Positions 47,401 to 58,700 of a DNA stretch of 64,000 nt are shown here, in pieces (the first letter of the stretch is position 1; every line of letters starts with the position of its first letter). The stretch lies in contig OZ024762.1 in the NCBI GenBank assembly GCA_964016885.1, positions 29,450,001 through 29,514,000 of the forward strand. Reading direction: 5' to 3'. The stretch is from Eledone cirrhosa. Taxonomy: Eukaryota. The notes beneath the pieces are model-generated. The model did not search any database and had not been told where the DNA came from. It saw only the letters and a list, made by a program, of their open reading frames with translations. Made by a program: the position numbers and the translations under genes.

Positions 47401-50400
47401 GCAGTATTGGTAGAGGGTCAGACACCATGTTAGGGTGGTGGGTTGGCAGTATTGGTAGAGGGTCAGATGTCATGTTAGGGTGGTGGGTTGGCAGTATTGG
47501 TAGAGGGTCAGATGTCATGTTAGGGTGGTGGGTTGGCAGTATTGGTAGAGGGTCAGATGTCAGGTTAGGGTGGTGGTTTGGCAGTAAGGGTAGAGGGTCA
47601 GATGTCAGGTTAGTGTGGTGGGTTGCCAGTATTGGTAGAGGGTCATATGTCAGGTTAGGGTGGTGGGTTGGCAGTATTGGTAGAGGGTCAGATGTCAGGT
47701 TAGGGTGGTGGGTTGGCAGTATTGCTAGAGGGTCAGACGCCATGTTAGGGTGGTGGGTTGGCAGTATTGGTAGAGGGTCAGATGTCATGTTAGGGTGGTG
47801 GGTTGGCAGTATTGGTAGAGGGTCAGATGTCATGTTAGGGTGGTGGGTTGGCAGTATTGGTAGAGGGTCAGATGTCAGGTTAGGGTGGTGGGTTGGCAGT
47901 AAGGGTAGAGGGTCAGATGTCAGGTTAGGGTGGTGGGTTGCCAGTATTGGTAGAGGGTCAGATGTCAGGTTAGGGTGGTGGGTTGGCAGTATTGGTAGAG
48001 GGTCAGATGTCAGGTTAGGGTGGTGGGTTGGCAGTATTGGTAGAGGGTCAGACGCCATGTTAGGGTGGTGGGTTGGCAGTATTGGTAGAGGGTCAGATGT
48101 CATGTTAGGGTGGTGGGTTGGCAGTATTGGTAGAGGGTCAGATGTCATGTTAGGGTGGTGGGTTGGCAGTATTGGTAGAGGGTCAGATGTCAGGTTAGGG
48201 TGGTGGGTTGGCAGTAAGGGTAGAGGGTCAGATGTCAGGTTAGGGTGGTGGGTTGGCAGTATTGGTAGAGGGTCAGATGTCAGGTTAGGGTGGTGGGTTG
48301 GCAGTAAGGGTAGAGTGTCAGATGTCAGGTTAGGGTGGTGGGTTGGCAGTATTGGTAGAGGGTCAGATGTCATGTTAGGGTGGTGGGTTGGCAGTATTGG
48401 TAGCGGATCAGATGTCATGTTAGGGTGGTGGGTTGGCAGTATTGGTAGAGGGTCAGATGTCAGGTTAGGGTGGTGGGTTGGCAGTAAGGGTAGAGGGTCA
48501 GATGTCAGGTTAGGGTGGTGGGTTGGCAGTAAGGGTAGAGGGTCAGATGTCAGGTTAGGGTGGTGGGTTGGCAGTATTGGTAGAGGGTCAGATGTCAGGC
48601 TAGGGTGGTGGGTTGGCAGTATTGGTAGAGGGTCAGATGTCAGGTTAGGGTGGTGGGTTGGCAGTATTGGTAGAGGGTCAGATGTCAGGTTAGGGTGGTG
48701 GGTTGGCAGTAAGGGTAGAGGGTCAGACACCATGTTAGGGTGGTGGGTTGGCAGTAAGGGTAGAGGGTCAGACACCATGTTAGGGTGATGGGTTGGCAGT
48801 ATTGGTAGAGGGTCAGATGCCATGTTAGCGTGGTGGGTTTGCAGTAAGGGTAGAGGGTCAGTTGTCATGTTAGGGTGGTGGTTTGGCAGTAAGGGTAGAG
48901 GCTCAGATGTCAGGTTAGGGTGGTGGGTTGGCAGTAAGGGTAGAGGGTCAGACACCATGTTAGGGTGGTGGGTTGTCAGTAAGGGTAGAGGGTCAGATGT
49001 CAGGTTAGGGTGGTGGGTTGGCAGTAAGGGTAGAGTGTCAGATGTCAGGTTAGGGTGGTGGGTTGTCAGTAAGGGTAGAGGGTCAGATGTCAGGTTAGGG
49101 TGGTGGGTTGTCAGTAAGGGTAGAGGGTCAGATGTCAGGTTAGGGTGGTGGGTTGGCAGTAAGGGTAGAGGGTCAGATGTCAGGTTAGGGTGGTGGGTTG
49201 GCAGTAAGGGTAGAGGGTCAGATGTCATGTTAGGGTGGTGGGTTGGCAGTAAGGGTAGAGGGTCAGATGTCATGTTAGGGTGGTGGGTTGGCAGTAAGGG
49301 TAGAGGGTCAGACACCATGTTAGGGTGGTGGGTTGGCAGTAAGGGTAGAGGGTCAGATGTCATGTTAGGGTGGTGGGTTGGCAGTAAGGGTAGAGGGTCA
49401 GATGTCAGGTTAGGGTGGTGGGTTGGCAGTAAGGGTAGAGGGTCAGATGTCAGGTTAGGGTGGTGGGTTGGCAGTATTGGTAGAGGGTCAGATGTCAGGT
49501 TAGGGTGGTGGGTTGGCAGTATTGGTAGAGGGTCAGATGCCATGTTAGGGTGGTGGGTTGGCAGTATTGGTAGAGGGTCAGATGTCAGGTTAGGGTGGTG
49601 GATTGGCAGTATTGGTAGAGGGTCAGATGTCAGGTTAGGGTGGTGGGTTGCCAGTATTGGTAGAGGGTCAGATGTCAGGTTAGGGTGGTGGGTTGGCAGT
49701 ATTGGTAGAGGGTCAGATGTCAGGTTAGGGTGGTGGGTTGGTAGTAAGGGTAGAGGGTCAGATGTCATGTTAGGGTGGTGGGTTGGCAGTATTGGTAGAG
49801 GGTCAGATGTCATGCTAGGGTGGTGGGTTGGCAGTAAGGGTAGAGGGTCAGATGTCAGGTTAGGGTGGTGGGTTGGCAGTATTGGTAGAGAGTCAGATGT
49901 CAGGTTAGGGTGTTGGGTTGGTAGTAAGGGTAGAGGGTCAGATGTCAGGTTAGGGTGGTGGGTTGGCAGTATTGGTAGAGGGTCAGATGTCATGTTAGGG
50001 TGGTGGGTTGGCAGTACTGGTAGAGGGTCAGATGTCAGGTTAGGGTGGTGGTTTGGCAGTAAGGGTAGAGGATCAGATGTCAGCTTAGGGTGGTGGGTTG
50101 GCAGTATTGGTAGAGGGTCAGATGTCAGGTTAGGGTGGTGGGTTGGCAGTATTGGTAGAGGGTCAGATGTCAGGTTAGGGTGGTGGGTTGGCAGTAAGGG
50201 TAGAGGGTCAGATGTCAGGTTAGGGTGGTGGGTTGGCAGTATTGGTAGAGGGTCAGATGTCAGGTTAGGGTAGTGGGTTGGCAGTATTGGTAGAGGGTCA
50301 GATGCCATGTTAGGGTGGTGGGTTGGCAGTAAAGGTAGAGGGTCAGATGTCATGTTAGGGTGGTAGATTGGCAGTATTGGTAGAGGGTCAGATGTCAGGT

Positions 50401-52799
50401 TAGGGTGGTGGGTTGGCAGTATTGGTAGAGGGTCAGATGTCAGGTTAGGGTGGTGGGTTGGCAGTATTGGTAGAGGGTCAGATGTCAGGTTAGGGTGGTG
50501 GTTTGGCAGTATTGGTAGAGGGTCAGATGTCATGTTAGGGTGGTGGGTTGGCAGTATTGGTAGAGGATCAGATGTCATGTTAGGGTGGTGGGTTGGCAGT
50601 ATTGGTAGAGGGTCAGATGTCAGGTTAGGGTGGTGGGTTGGCAGTAAGGGTAGAGGGTCAGATGTCAGTTTAGGGTGGTGGGTTGCCAGTATTGGTAGAG
50701 GGTCAGATGTCAGGTTAGGGTGGTGGGTTGGCAGTAAGGGTAGAGGGTCAGATGTCAGGTTAGGGTGGTGGGTTGGCAGTAAGGGTAGAGGGTCAGATGT
50801 CAGGTTAGGGTGGTGGGTTGGCAGTATTGGTAGAGGGTCAGATGTCAGGTTAGGGTGGTGGGTTGGCAGTATTGGTAGAGGGTCAGATGTCAGGTTAGGG
50901 TGGTGGGTTGGCAGTATTGGTAGAGGGTCAGATGTCAGGTTATGGTGGTGGGTTGGCAGTAAGGGTAGAGGGTCAGACACCATGTTAGGGTGGTGGGTTG
51001 GCAGTAAGGGTAGAGGGTCAGACACCATGTTAGGGTGATGGGTTGGCAGTAAGGGTAGAGGGTCAGATGCCATGTTAGGGTGGTGGGTTGGCAGTAAGGG
51101 TAGAGGGTCAGATGCCATGTTAGGGTGGTGGGTTGGCAGTAAGGGTAGAGGGTCAGATGTCATGTTAGGGTGGTGGGTTGGCAGTAAGGGTAGAGGGTCA
51201 GATGTCAAGTTAGGGTGGTGGGTTGGCAGTAAGGGTAGAGGGTCAGACACCATGTTAGGGTGGTGGGTTGGCAGTAAGGTAGAGGGTCAGATGTCATGTT
51301 AGGGTGGTGGGTTGGCAGTAAGGGTAGAGGGTCAGATGTCAGGTTAGAGTGGTGGGTTGGCAGTAAGGGTAGAGGGTCAGATGTCAGGTTAGGGTGGTGG
51401 GTTGGCAGTATTGGTAGAGGGTCAGATGTCAGGTTAGGGTGGTGGGTTGGCAGTATTGGTAGAGGGTCAGATGCCATGTTAGGGTGGTGGGTTGGCAGTA
51501 TTGGTAGAGGGTCAGATGTCAGGTTAGGGTGGTGGATTGGCAGTATTGGTAGAGGGTCAGATGTCAGGTTAGGGTGGTGGGTTGGCAGTATTGGTAGAGG
51601 GTCAGATGTCAGGTTAGGGTGGTGGGTTGGCAGTATTGGTAGAGGGTCAGATGTCAGGTTAGGGTGGTGGGTTGGTACTAAGGGTAGAGGGTCAGATGTC
51701 ATGTTAGGGTGGTGGGTTGGCAGTATTGGTAGAGGGTCAGATGTCATGCTAGGGTGGTGGGTTGGCAGTAAGGGTAGAGGGTCAGATGTCAGGTTAGGGT
51801 GGTGGGTTGGCAGTATTGGTAGAGGGTCAGATGTCAGGTTAGGGTGTTGGGTTGGTAGTAAGGGTAGAGGGTCAGATGTCAGGTTAGGGTGGTGGGTTGG
51901 CAGTATTGGTAGAGGGTCAGATGTCATGTTAGGGTGGTGGGTTGGCAGTATTGGTAGAGGGTCAGATGTCAGGTTAGGGTGGTGGGTTGGCAGTATTGGT
52001 AGGGGGTCAGATGTCAGGTTAGGGTGGTGGGTTGGCAGTAAGGGTAGAGGGTCAGACACCATGTTAGGGTGGTGGGTTGGCAGTAAGGGTAGAGGGTCAG
52101 ACACCATGTTAGGGTGATGGGTTGGCAGTAAGGGTAGAGGGTCAGATGTCAGGTTAGGGTGGTGGGTTGGCAGTATTGGTAGAGGGTCAGATGTCAGGTT
52201 AGGGTGGTGGGTTGGCAGTATTGGTAGAGGGTCAGATGCCATGTTAGGGTGTTGGGTTGGCAGTAAGGGTAGAGGGTCAGATGTCATGTTAGGGTGGTAG
52301 ATTGGCAGTATTGGTAGAGGGTCAGATGTCAGGTTAGGGTGGTGGGTTGGCAGTATTGGTAGAGGGTCAGATATCAGGTTAGGGTGGTGGGTTGGCAGTA
52401 TTGGTAGAGGGTCAGATGTCAGGTTAGGGTGGTGGGTTGGCAGTATTGGTAGAGGGTCAGATGTCATGTTAGGGTGGTGGGTTGGCAGTATTGGTAGAGG
52501 ATCAGATGTCATGTTAGGGTGGTGGGTTGGCAGTATTGGTAGAGGGTCAGATGTCAGGTTAGGGTGGTGGGTTGGCAGTAAGGGTAGAGGGTCAGATGTC
52601 AGGTTAGGGTGGTGGGTTGCCAGTATTGGTAGAGGGTCAGATGTCAGGTTAGGGTGGTGGGTTGGCAGTAAGGGTAGAGGGTCAGATGTCAGGTTAGGGT
52701 GGTGGGTTGGCAGTAAGGGTAGAGGGTCAGATGTCAGGTTAGGGTGTTGGGTTGGCAGTATTGGTAGAGGGTCAGATGTCAGGTTAGGGTGGTGGGTTG

Positions 52800-55700
52800 G
52801 CAGTATTGGTAGAGGGTCAGATGTCAGGTTAGGGTGGTGGGTTGGCAGTAAGGGTAGAGGGTCAGACACCATGTTAGGGTGGTGGGTTGGCGGTAAGGGT
52901 AGAGGGTCAGACACCATGTTAGGGTGATGGGTTGGCATTAAGGGTAGAGGGTCAGATGCCATGTTAGGGTGGTGGGTTGGCAGTAAGGGTAGAGGGTCAG
53001 ATGCCATGTTAGGGTGGTGGGTTGGCAGTAAGGGTAGAGGGTCAGATGTCATGTTAGGGTGGTGGTTTGGCAGTAAGGGTAGAGGGTCAGATGTCAGGTT
53101 AGGGTGGTGGGTTGTCAGTAAGGGTAGAGGGTCAGATGTCAGGTTAGGGTGGTGGGTTGGCAGTAAGGGTAGAGGGTCAGATGTCAGATTAGGGTGGTGG
53201 GTTGTCAGTAAGGGTAGAGGGTCAGATGTCAGGTTAGGGTGGTGGGTTGTCAGTAAGGGTAGAGGGTCAGATGTCAGGTTAGGGTGGTGGGTTGGCAGTA
53301 AGGGTAGAGGGTCAGATGTCAGGTTAGGGTGGTGGGTTGGCAGTAAGGGTAGAGGGTCAGATGTCATGTTAGGGTGGTGGGTTGGCAGTAAGGGTAGAGG
53401 GTCAGATGTCATGTTAGGGTGGTGGGTTGGCAGTAAGGCTAGAGGGTCAGACACCATGTTAGGGTGGTGGGTTGGCAGTAAGGGTAGAGGGTCAGATGTC
53501 ATGTTAGGGTGGTGGGTTGTTAGTAAGGGTAGAGGGTCAGATGTCAGGTTAGGGTGGTGGGTTGGCAGTAAGGGTAGAGGGTCAGATGTCAGGTTAGGGT
53601 GGTGGGTTGTCAGTAAGGGTAGAGGGTCAGATGTCATGTTAGGGTGGTGGGTTGTCAGTAAGGGTAGAGGGTCAGATGTCAGGTTAGGGTGGTGGGTTGG
53701 CAGTAAGGGTAGAGGGTCAGATGTCAGGTTAGGGTGGTGGGTTGGCAGTAAGGGTAGAGGGTCAGATGTCAGGTTAGGGTGGTGGGTTGTCAGTAAGGGT
53801 AGAGGGTCAGATGTCAGGTTAGGGTGGTGGGTTGTCAGTAAGGGTAGAGGGTCAGATGTCAGGTTAGGGTGGTGGGTTGGCAGTAAGGGTAGAGGGTCAG
53901 ATGTCAGGTTAGGGTGGTGGGTTGGCAGTAAGGGTAGAGGGTCAGATGACATGTTAGGGTGGTGTGTTGGCAGTAAGGGTAGAGGGTCAGATGTCATGTT
54001 AGGGTGGTGGGTTGGCAGTAAGGGTAGAGGGTCAGACACCATGTTAGGGTGGTGGGTTGGCAGTAAGGGTAGAGGGTCAGATGTCATGTTAGGGTGGTGG
54101 GTTGTCAGTAAGGGTAGAGGGTCAGATGTCAGGTTAGGGTGGTGGGTTGGCAGTAAGGGTAGAGGGTCAGATGTCAGGTTAGGGTGGTGGGTTGTCAGTA
54201 AGGGTAGAGGGTCAGATGTCATGTTAGGGTGGTGGGTTGTCAGTAAGGGTAGAGGGTCAGATGTCAGGTTAGGGTGGTGGGTTGGCAGTAAGGGTAGAGG
54301 GTCAGATGTCAGGTTAGGGTTGTGGGTTGGCAGTAAGGGTAGAGGGTCAGATGTCAGGTTAGGGTGGTGGGTTGGCAGTAAGGGTAGAGGGTCAGATGTC
54401 AGGTTAGGGTGGTGGGTTGGCAGTATTGGTAGAGGGTCAGATGTCAGGTTAGGGTGGTGGGTTGGCAGTATTGGTAGAGGGTCAGATGTCAGGTTAGGGT
54501 GGTGGGTTGAACGTATTGGTAGAGGGTCAGATGTCAGGTTAGGGTGGTGGGTTGGCAGTAAGGGTAGAGGGTCAGAAACCATGTTAGGGTGGTGGGTTGG
54601 CAGTAAGGGTAGAGGGTCAGACACCATGTTAGGGTGATGGGTTGGCAGAAAGGGTAGAGAGTCAGATGCCATGTTAGGGTGGTGGGTTGGCAGTAAGGGT
54701 AGAGGGTCAGATGTCATGTTAGGGTGGTGGTTTGGCAGTAAGGGTAGAGGGTCAGATGTCAGGTTAGGGTGGTGGGTTGTCAGTAAGGGTAGAGGGTCAG
54801 ATGTCAGGTTAGGGTGGTGGGTTGGCAGTAAGGGTAGAGGGTCAGATGTCAGGTTAGGGTGGTGGGTTGGCAGTAAGGGTAGAGGGTCAGATGTCAGGTT
54901 AGGGTGGTGGGTTGTCAGTAAAGGTAGAGGGTCAGATGTCAGGTTAGGGTGGTGGGTTGGCAGTAAGGGTAGAGGGTCAGATGTCAGGTTAGGGTGGTGG
55001 GTTGGCAGTAAGGGTAGAGGGTCAGATGTCATGTTAGGGTGGTGGGTTGGCAGTAAGGGTAGAGGGTCAGATGTCATGTTAGGGTGGTGGGTTGGCAGTA
55101 AGGGTAGAGGGTCAGACACCATGTTAGGGTGGTGGGTTGGCAGTAAGTGTAGAAGTTCAGATGTCATGTTAGGGTGGTGGGTTGGCTGTAAGGGTAGAGG
55201 GTCAGATGTCAGGTTAGGGTGGTGGGTTGTCAGTAAGGGTAGAGGGTCAGATGTCAGGTTAGGGTGGTGGGTTGGCAGTAAGGGTAGAGGGTCAGATGTC
55301 AGGTTAGGGTGGTGGGTTGTCAGTAAGGGTAGAGGGTCAGATGTCAGGTTAGGGTGGTGGGTTGTCAGTAAGGAGAGAGGGTCAGATGTCAGGTTAGGGT
55401 GGTGGGTTGGCAGTAAGGGTAGAGGGTCAGATGTCAGGTTAGGGTGGTGGGTGTGCAGTATTGGTAGAGGGTCAGATGTCAGGTTAGGGTGGTGGGTTGG
55501 CAGTATTGGTAGAGGGTCAGATGCCATGTTAGGGTGGTGTGTTGGCAGTATTGGTAGAGGGTCAGATGTCAGGTTAGGGTGGTGGATTGGCAGTATTGGT
55601 AGAGGGTCAGATGTCATGTTAGGGTGGTGGGTTGGCAGTATTGGTAGAGGGTCAGATGTCAGGTTAGGGTGGTGGGTTAGCAGTATTGGTAGAGGGTCAG

Positions 55701-58700
55701 ATGTCAGGTTAGGGTGGTGGGTTGGTAGTAAGGGTAGAGGGTCAGATGTCATGTTAGGGTGGTGGGTTGGCAGTATTGGTAGAGGGTCAGATGTCATGCT
55801 AGGGTGGTGGGTTGGCAGTAAGGGTAGAGGGTCAGATGTCAGGTTAGGGTGGTGGGTTGGCAGTATTGGTTAGAGGGTCAGATGTCAGGTTAGGGTGGTG
55901 GGTTGGTAGTAAGGGTAGAGGGTCAGATGTCAGGTTAGGCTGGTGGGTTGGCAGTATTGGTAGAGGGTCAGATGTCATGTTAGGGTGGTGGGTTGGCAGT
56001 AAGGGTAGAGGGTCCGATGTCATGTTAGGGTGGTGGGTTGGCAGTAAGGGTAGAGGGTCAGACACCATGTTAGGGTGGTGGGTTGGCAGTAAGGGTAGAG
56101 GGTCAGATGTCATGTTAGGGTGGTGGGTTGTCAGTAAGGGTAGAGGGTCAGATGTCAGGTTAGGGTGGTGGGTTGGCAGTAAGGGTAGAGGGTCAGATGT
56201 CATGTTAGGGTGGTGGGTTTGCAATATTGGTAGAGGGTCAGATGTCAGGTTAGGGTGGTGGGTTGGCAGTATTGGTAGAGGGTCAGATGTCAGGTTAGGG
56301 AGGTGGTTTGGCAATATTGGTAGAGGGTCAGATGTCAGGTTAGGGTGGTGGTTTGGCAGTATTGGTAGAGGTTCAGATGTCATGTTAGGGTGGTGGTTTG
56401 GCAGTAAGGGTAGAGGGTCAGATGTCATGTTAGGGTGGTGGGTTGGCAGTAAGGGTAGAGGGTCAGATGTCATGTTAGGGTGGTGGGTTGGCAGTATTGG
56501 TAGAGGGTCAGACGCCATGTTAGGATGGTGGGTTGGCAGTATTGGTAGAGGGTCAGATGTCATGTTAGGGTGGTGGGTTGGCAGTATTGGTAGAGGGTCA
56601 GATGTCATGTTAGGGTGGTGGGTTGGCAGTATTGGTAGAGGGTCAGATGTCAGGTTAGGGTGGTGGGTTGGCAGTAAGGGTAGAGGGTCAGATGTCAGGT
56701 TAGTGTGGTGGGTTGCCAGTATTGGTAGAGGGTCAGATGTCAGGTTAGGGTGGTGGGTTGGCAGTATTGGTAGAGGGTCAGATGTCAGGTTAGGGTGGTG
56801 GGTTGGCAGTATTGGTAGAGGGTCAGACGCCATGTTAGGGTGGTGGGTTGGCAGTATTGGTAGAGGGTCAGATGTCAGGTTAGGGTGGTGGGTTGGCAGT
56901 AAGGGTAGAGGGTCAGATGTCAGGTTAGGGTGGTGGGTTGGCAGTAAGGGTAGAGGGTCAGATGTCAGGTTAGGGTGGTGGGTTGGCAGTATTGGTAGAG
57001 GGTCAGATGTCAGGTTAGGGTGGTGGGTTGGCAGTATTGGTAGAGGGTCAGATGTCAGGTTAGGGTGGTGGGTTGGCAGTATTGGTAGAGGGTCAGATGT
57101 CATGTTAGGGTGGTGGGTTGGCAGTAAGGGTAGAGGGTCAGACAACATGTTAGGGTGGTGGGTTGGCGGTAAGGGTAGAGGGTCAGACACCATGTTAGGG
57201 TGATGGGTTGGCAGTAAGGGTAGAGGGTCAGATGCCATGTTAGGGTGGTGGGTTGGCAGTAAGGGTAGAGGGTCAGATGCCATGTTAGGGTGGTGGGTTG
57301 GCAGTAAGGGTAGAGGGTCAGATGTCATGTTAGGGTGGTGGTTTGGCAGTAAGGGTAGAGGGTCAGATATCAGGTTAGGGTGGTGGGTTGTCAGTAACGG
57401 TAGAGGGTCAGTTGTCAGGTTAGGGTGGTGGGTTGGCAGTAAGGGTAGAGGGTCAGATGTCAGGTTAGGGTGGTGGGTTGTCAGTAAGGGTAGAGGGTCA
57501 GATGTCAGGTTAGGGTGGTGGGTTGTCAGTAAGGGTAGAGGGTCAGATGTCAGGTTAGGGTGGTGGGTTGGCAGTAAGGGTAGAGGGTCAGATGTCAGGT
57601 TAGGGTGGTGGGTTGGCAGTAAGGTTAGAGGGTCAGATGTCATGTTAGGGTGGTGGGTTGGCAGTAAGGGTAGAGTGTCAGATGTCATGTTAGGATGGTG
57701 GGTTGGCAGTAAGGGTAGAGGGTCAGACACCATGTTAGGGTGGTGGGTTGGCAGTAAGGGTAGAGGGTCAGATGTCATGTTAGGGTGGTGGGTTGGCAGT
57801 AAGGGTAGAGGGTCAGATGTCAGGTTAGGGTGGTGGGTTGTCAGTAAGGGTAGAGGGTCAGATGTCAGGTTAGGGTGGTGGGTTGGCAGTAAGGGTAGAG
57901 GGTCAGATGTCAGGTTAGGGTGGTGGGTTGTCAGTAAGGGTAGAGGGTCAGATGTCATGTTAGGGTGGTGGGTTGTCAGTAAGGGTAGAGGGTCAGATGT
58001 CAGGTTAGGGTGGTGGGTTGGCAGTAAGGGTAGAGGGTCAGATGTCAGGTTAGGGTTGTGGGTTGGCAGTAAGGGTAGAGGGTCAGATGTCAGGTTAGGG
58101 TGGTGGGTTGGCAGTAAGGGTAGAGGGTCAGACACCATGTTAGGGTGGTGGGTTGGCAGTATTGGTAGAGGGTCAGATGTCAGGTTAGGGTGGTGGGTTG
58201 GCAGTATTGGTAGAGGGTCAGATGTCAGGCTAGGGTGGTGGGTTGAACGTATTGGTAGAGGGTCAGATGTCAGGTTAGGGTGGTGGGTTGGCAGTAAGGG
58301 TAGAGGGTCAGACACCATGTTAGGGTGGTGGGTTGGTAGTAAGGGTAGAGGGTCAGACACCATGTTAGGGTGATGGGTTGGCAGTAAGGGTAGAGGGTCA
58401 GATGCCATGTTAGGGTGGTGGGTTGGCAGTAAGTGTAGAGGGTCAGATGCCATGTTAGGGTGGTGGGTTGGCAGTAAGGGTAGAGGGTCAGATGTCATGT
58501 TAGGGTGGTGGTTTGGCAGTAAGGGTAGAGGGTCAGATGTCAGGTTAGGGTGGTGGGTTGTCAGTAAGGGTAGAGGGTCAGATGTCAGGTTAGGGTGGTG
58601 GGTTGGCAGTAAGGGTAGAGGGTCAGATGTCAGGTTAGGGTGGTGGGTTGGCAGTAAGGGTAGAGGGTCAGATGTCAGGTTAGGGTGGTGGGTTGTCAGT

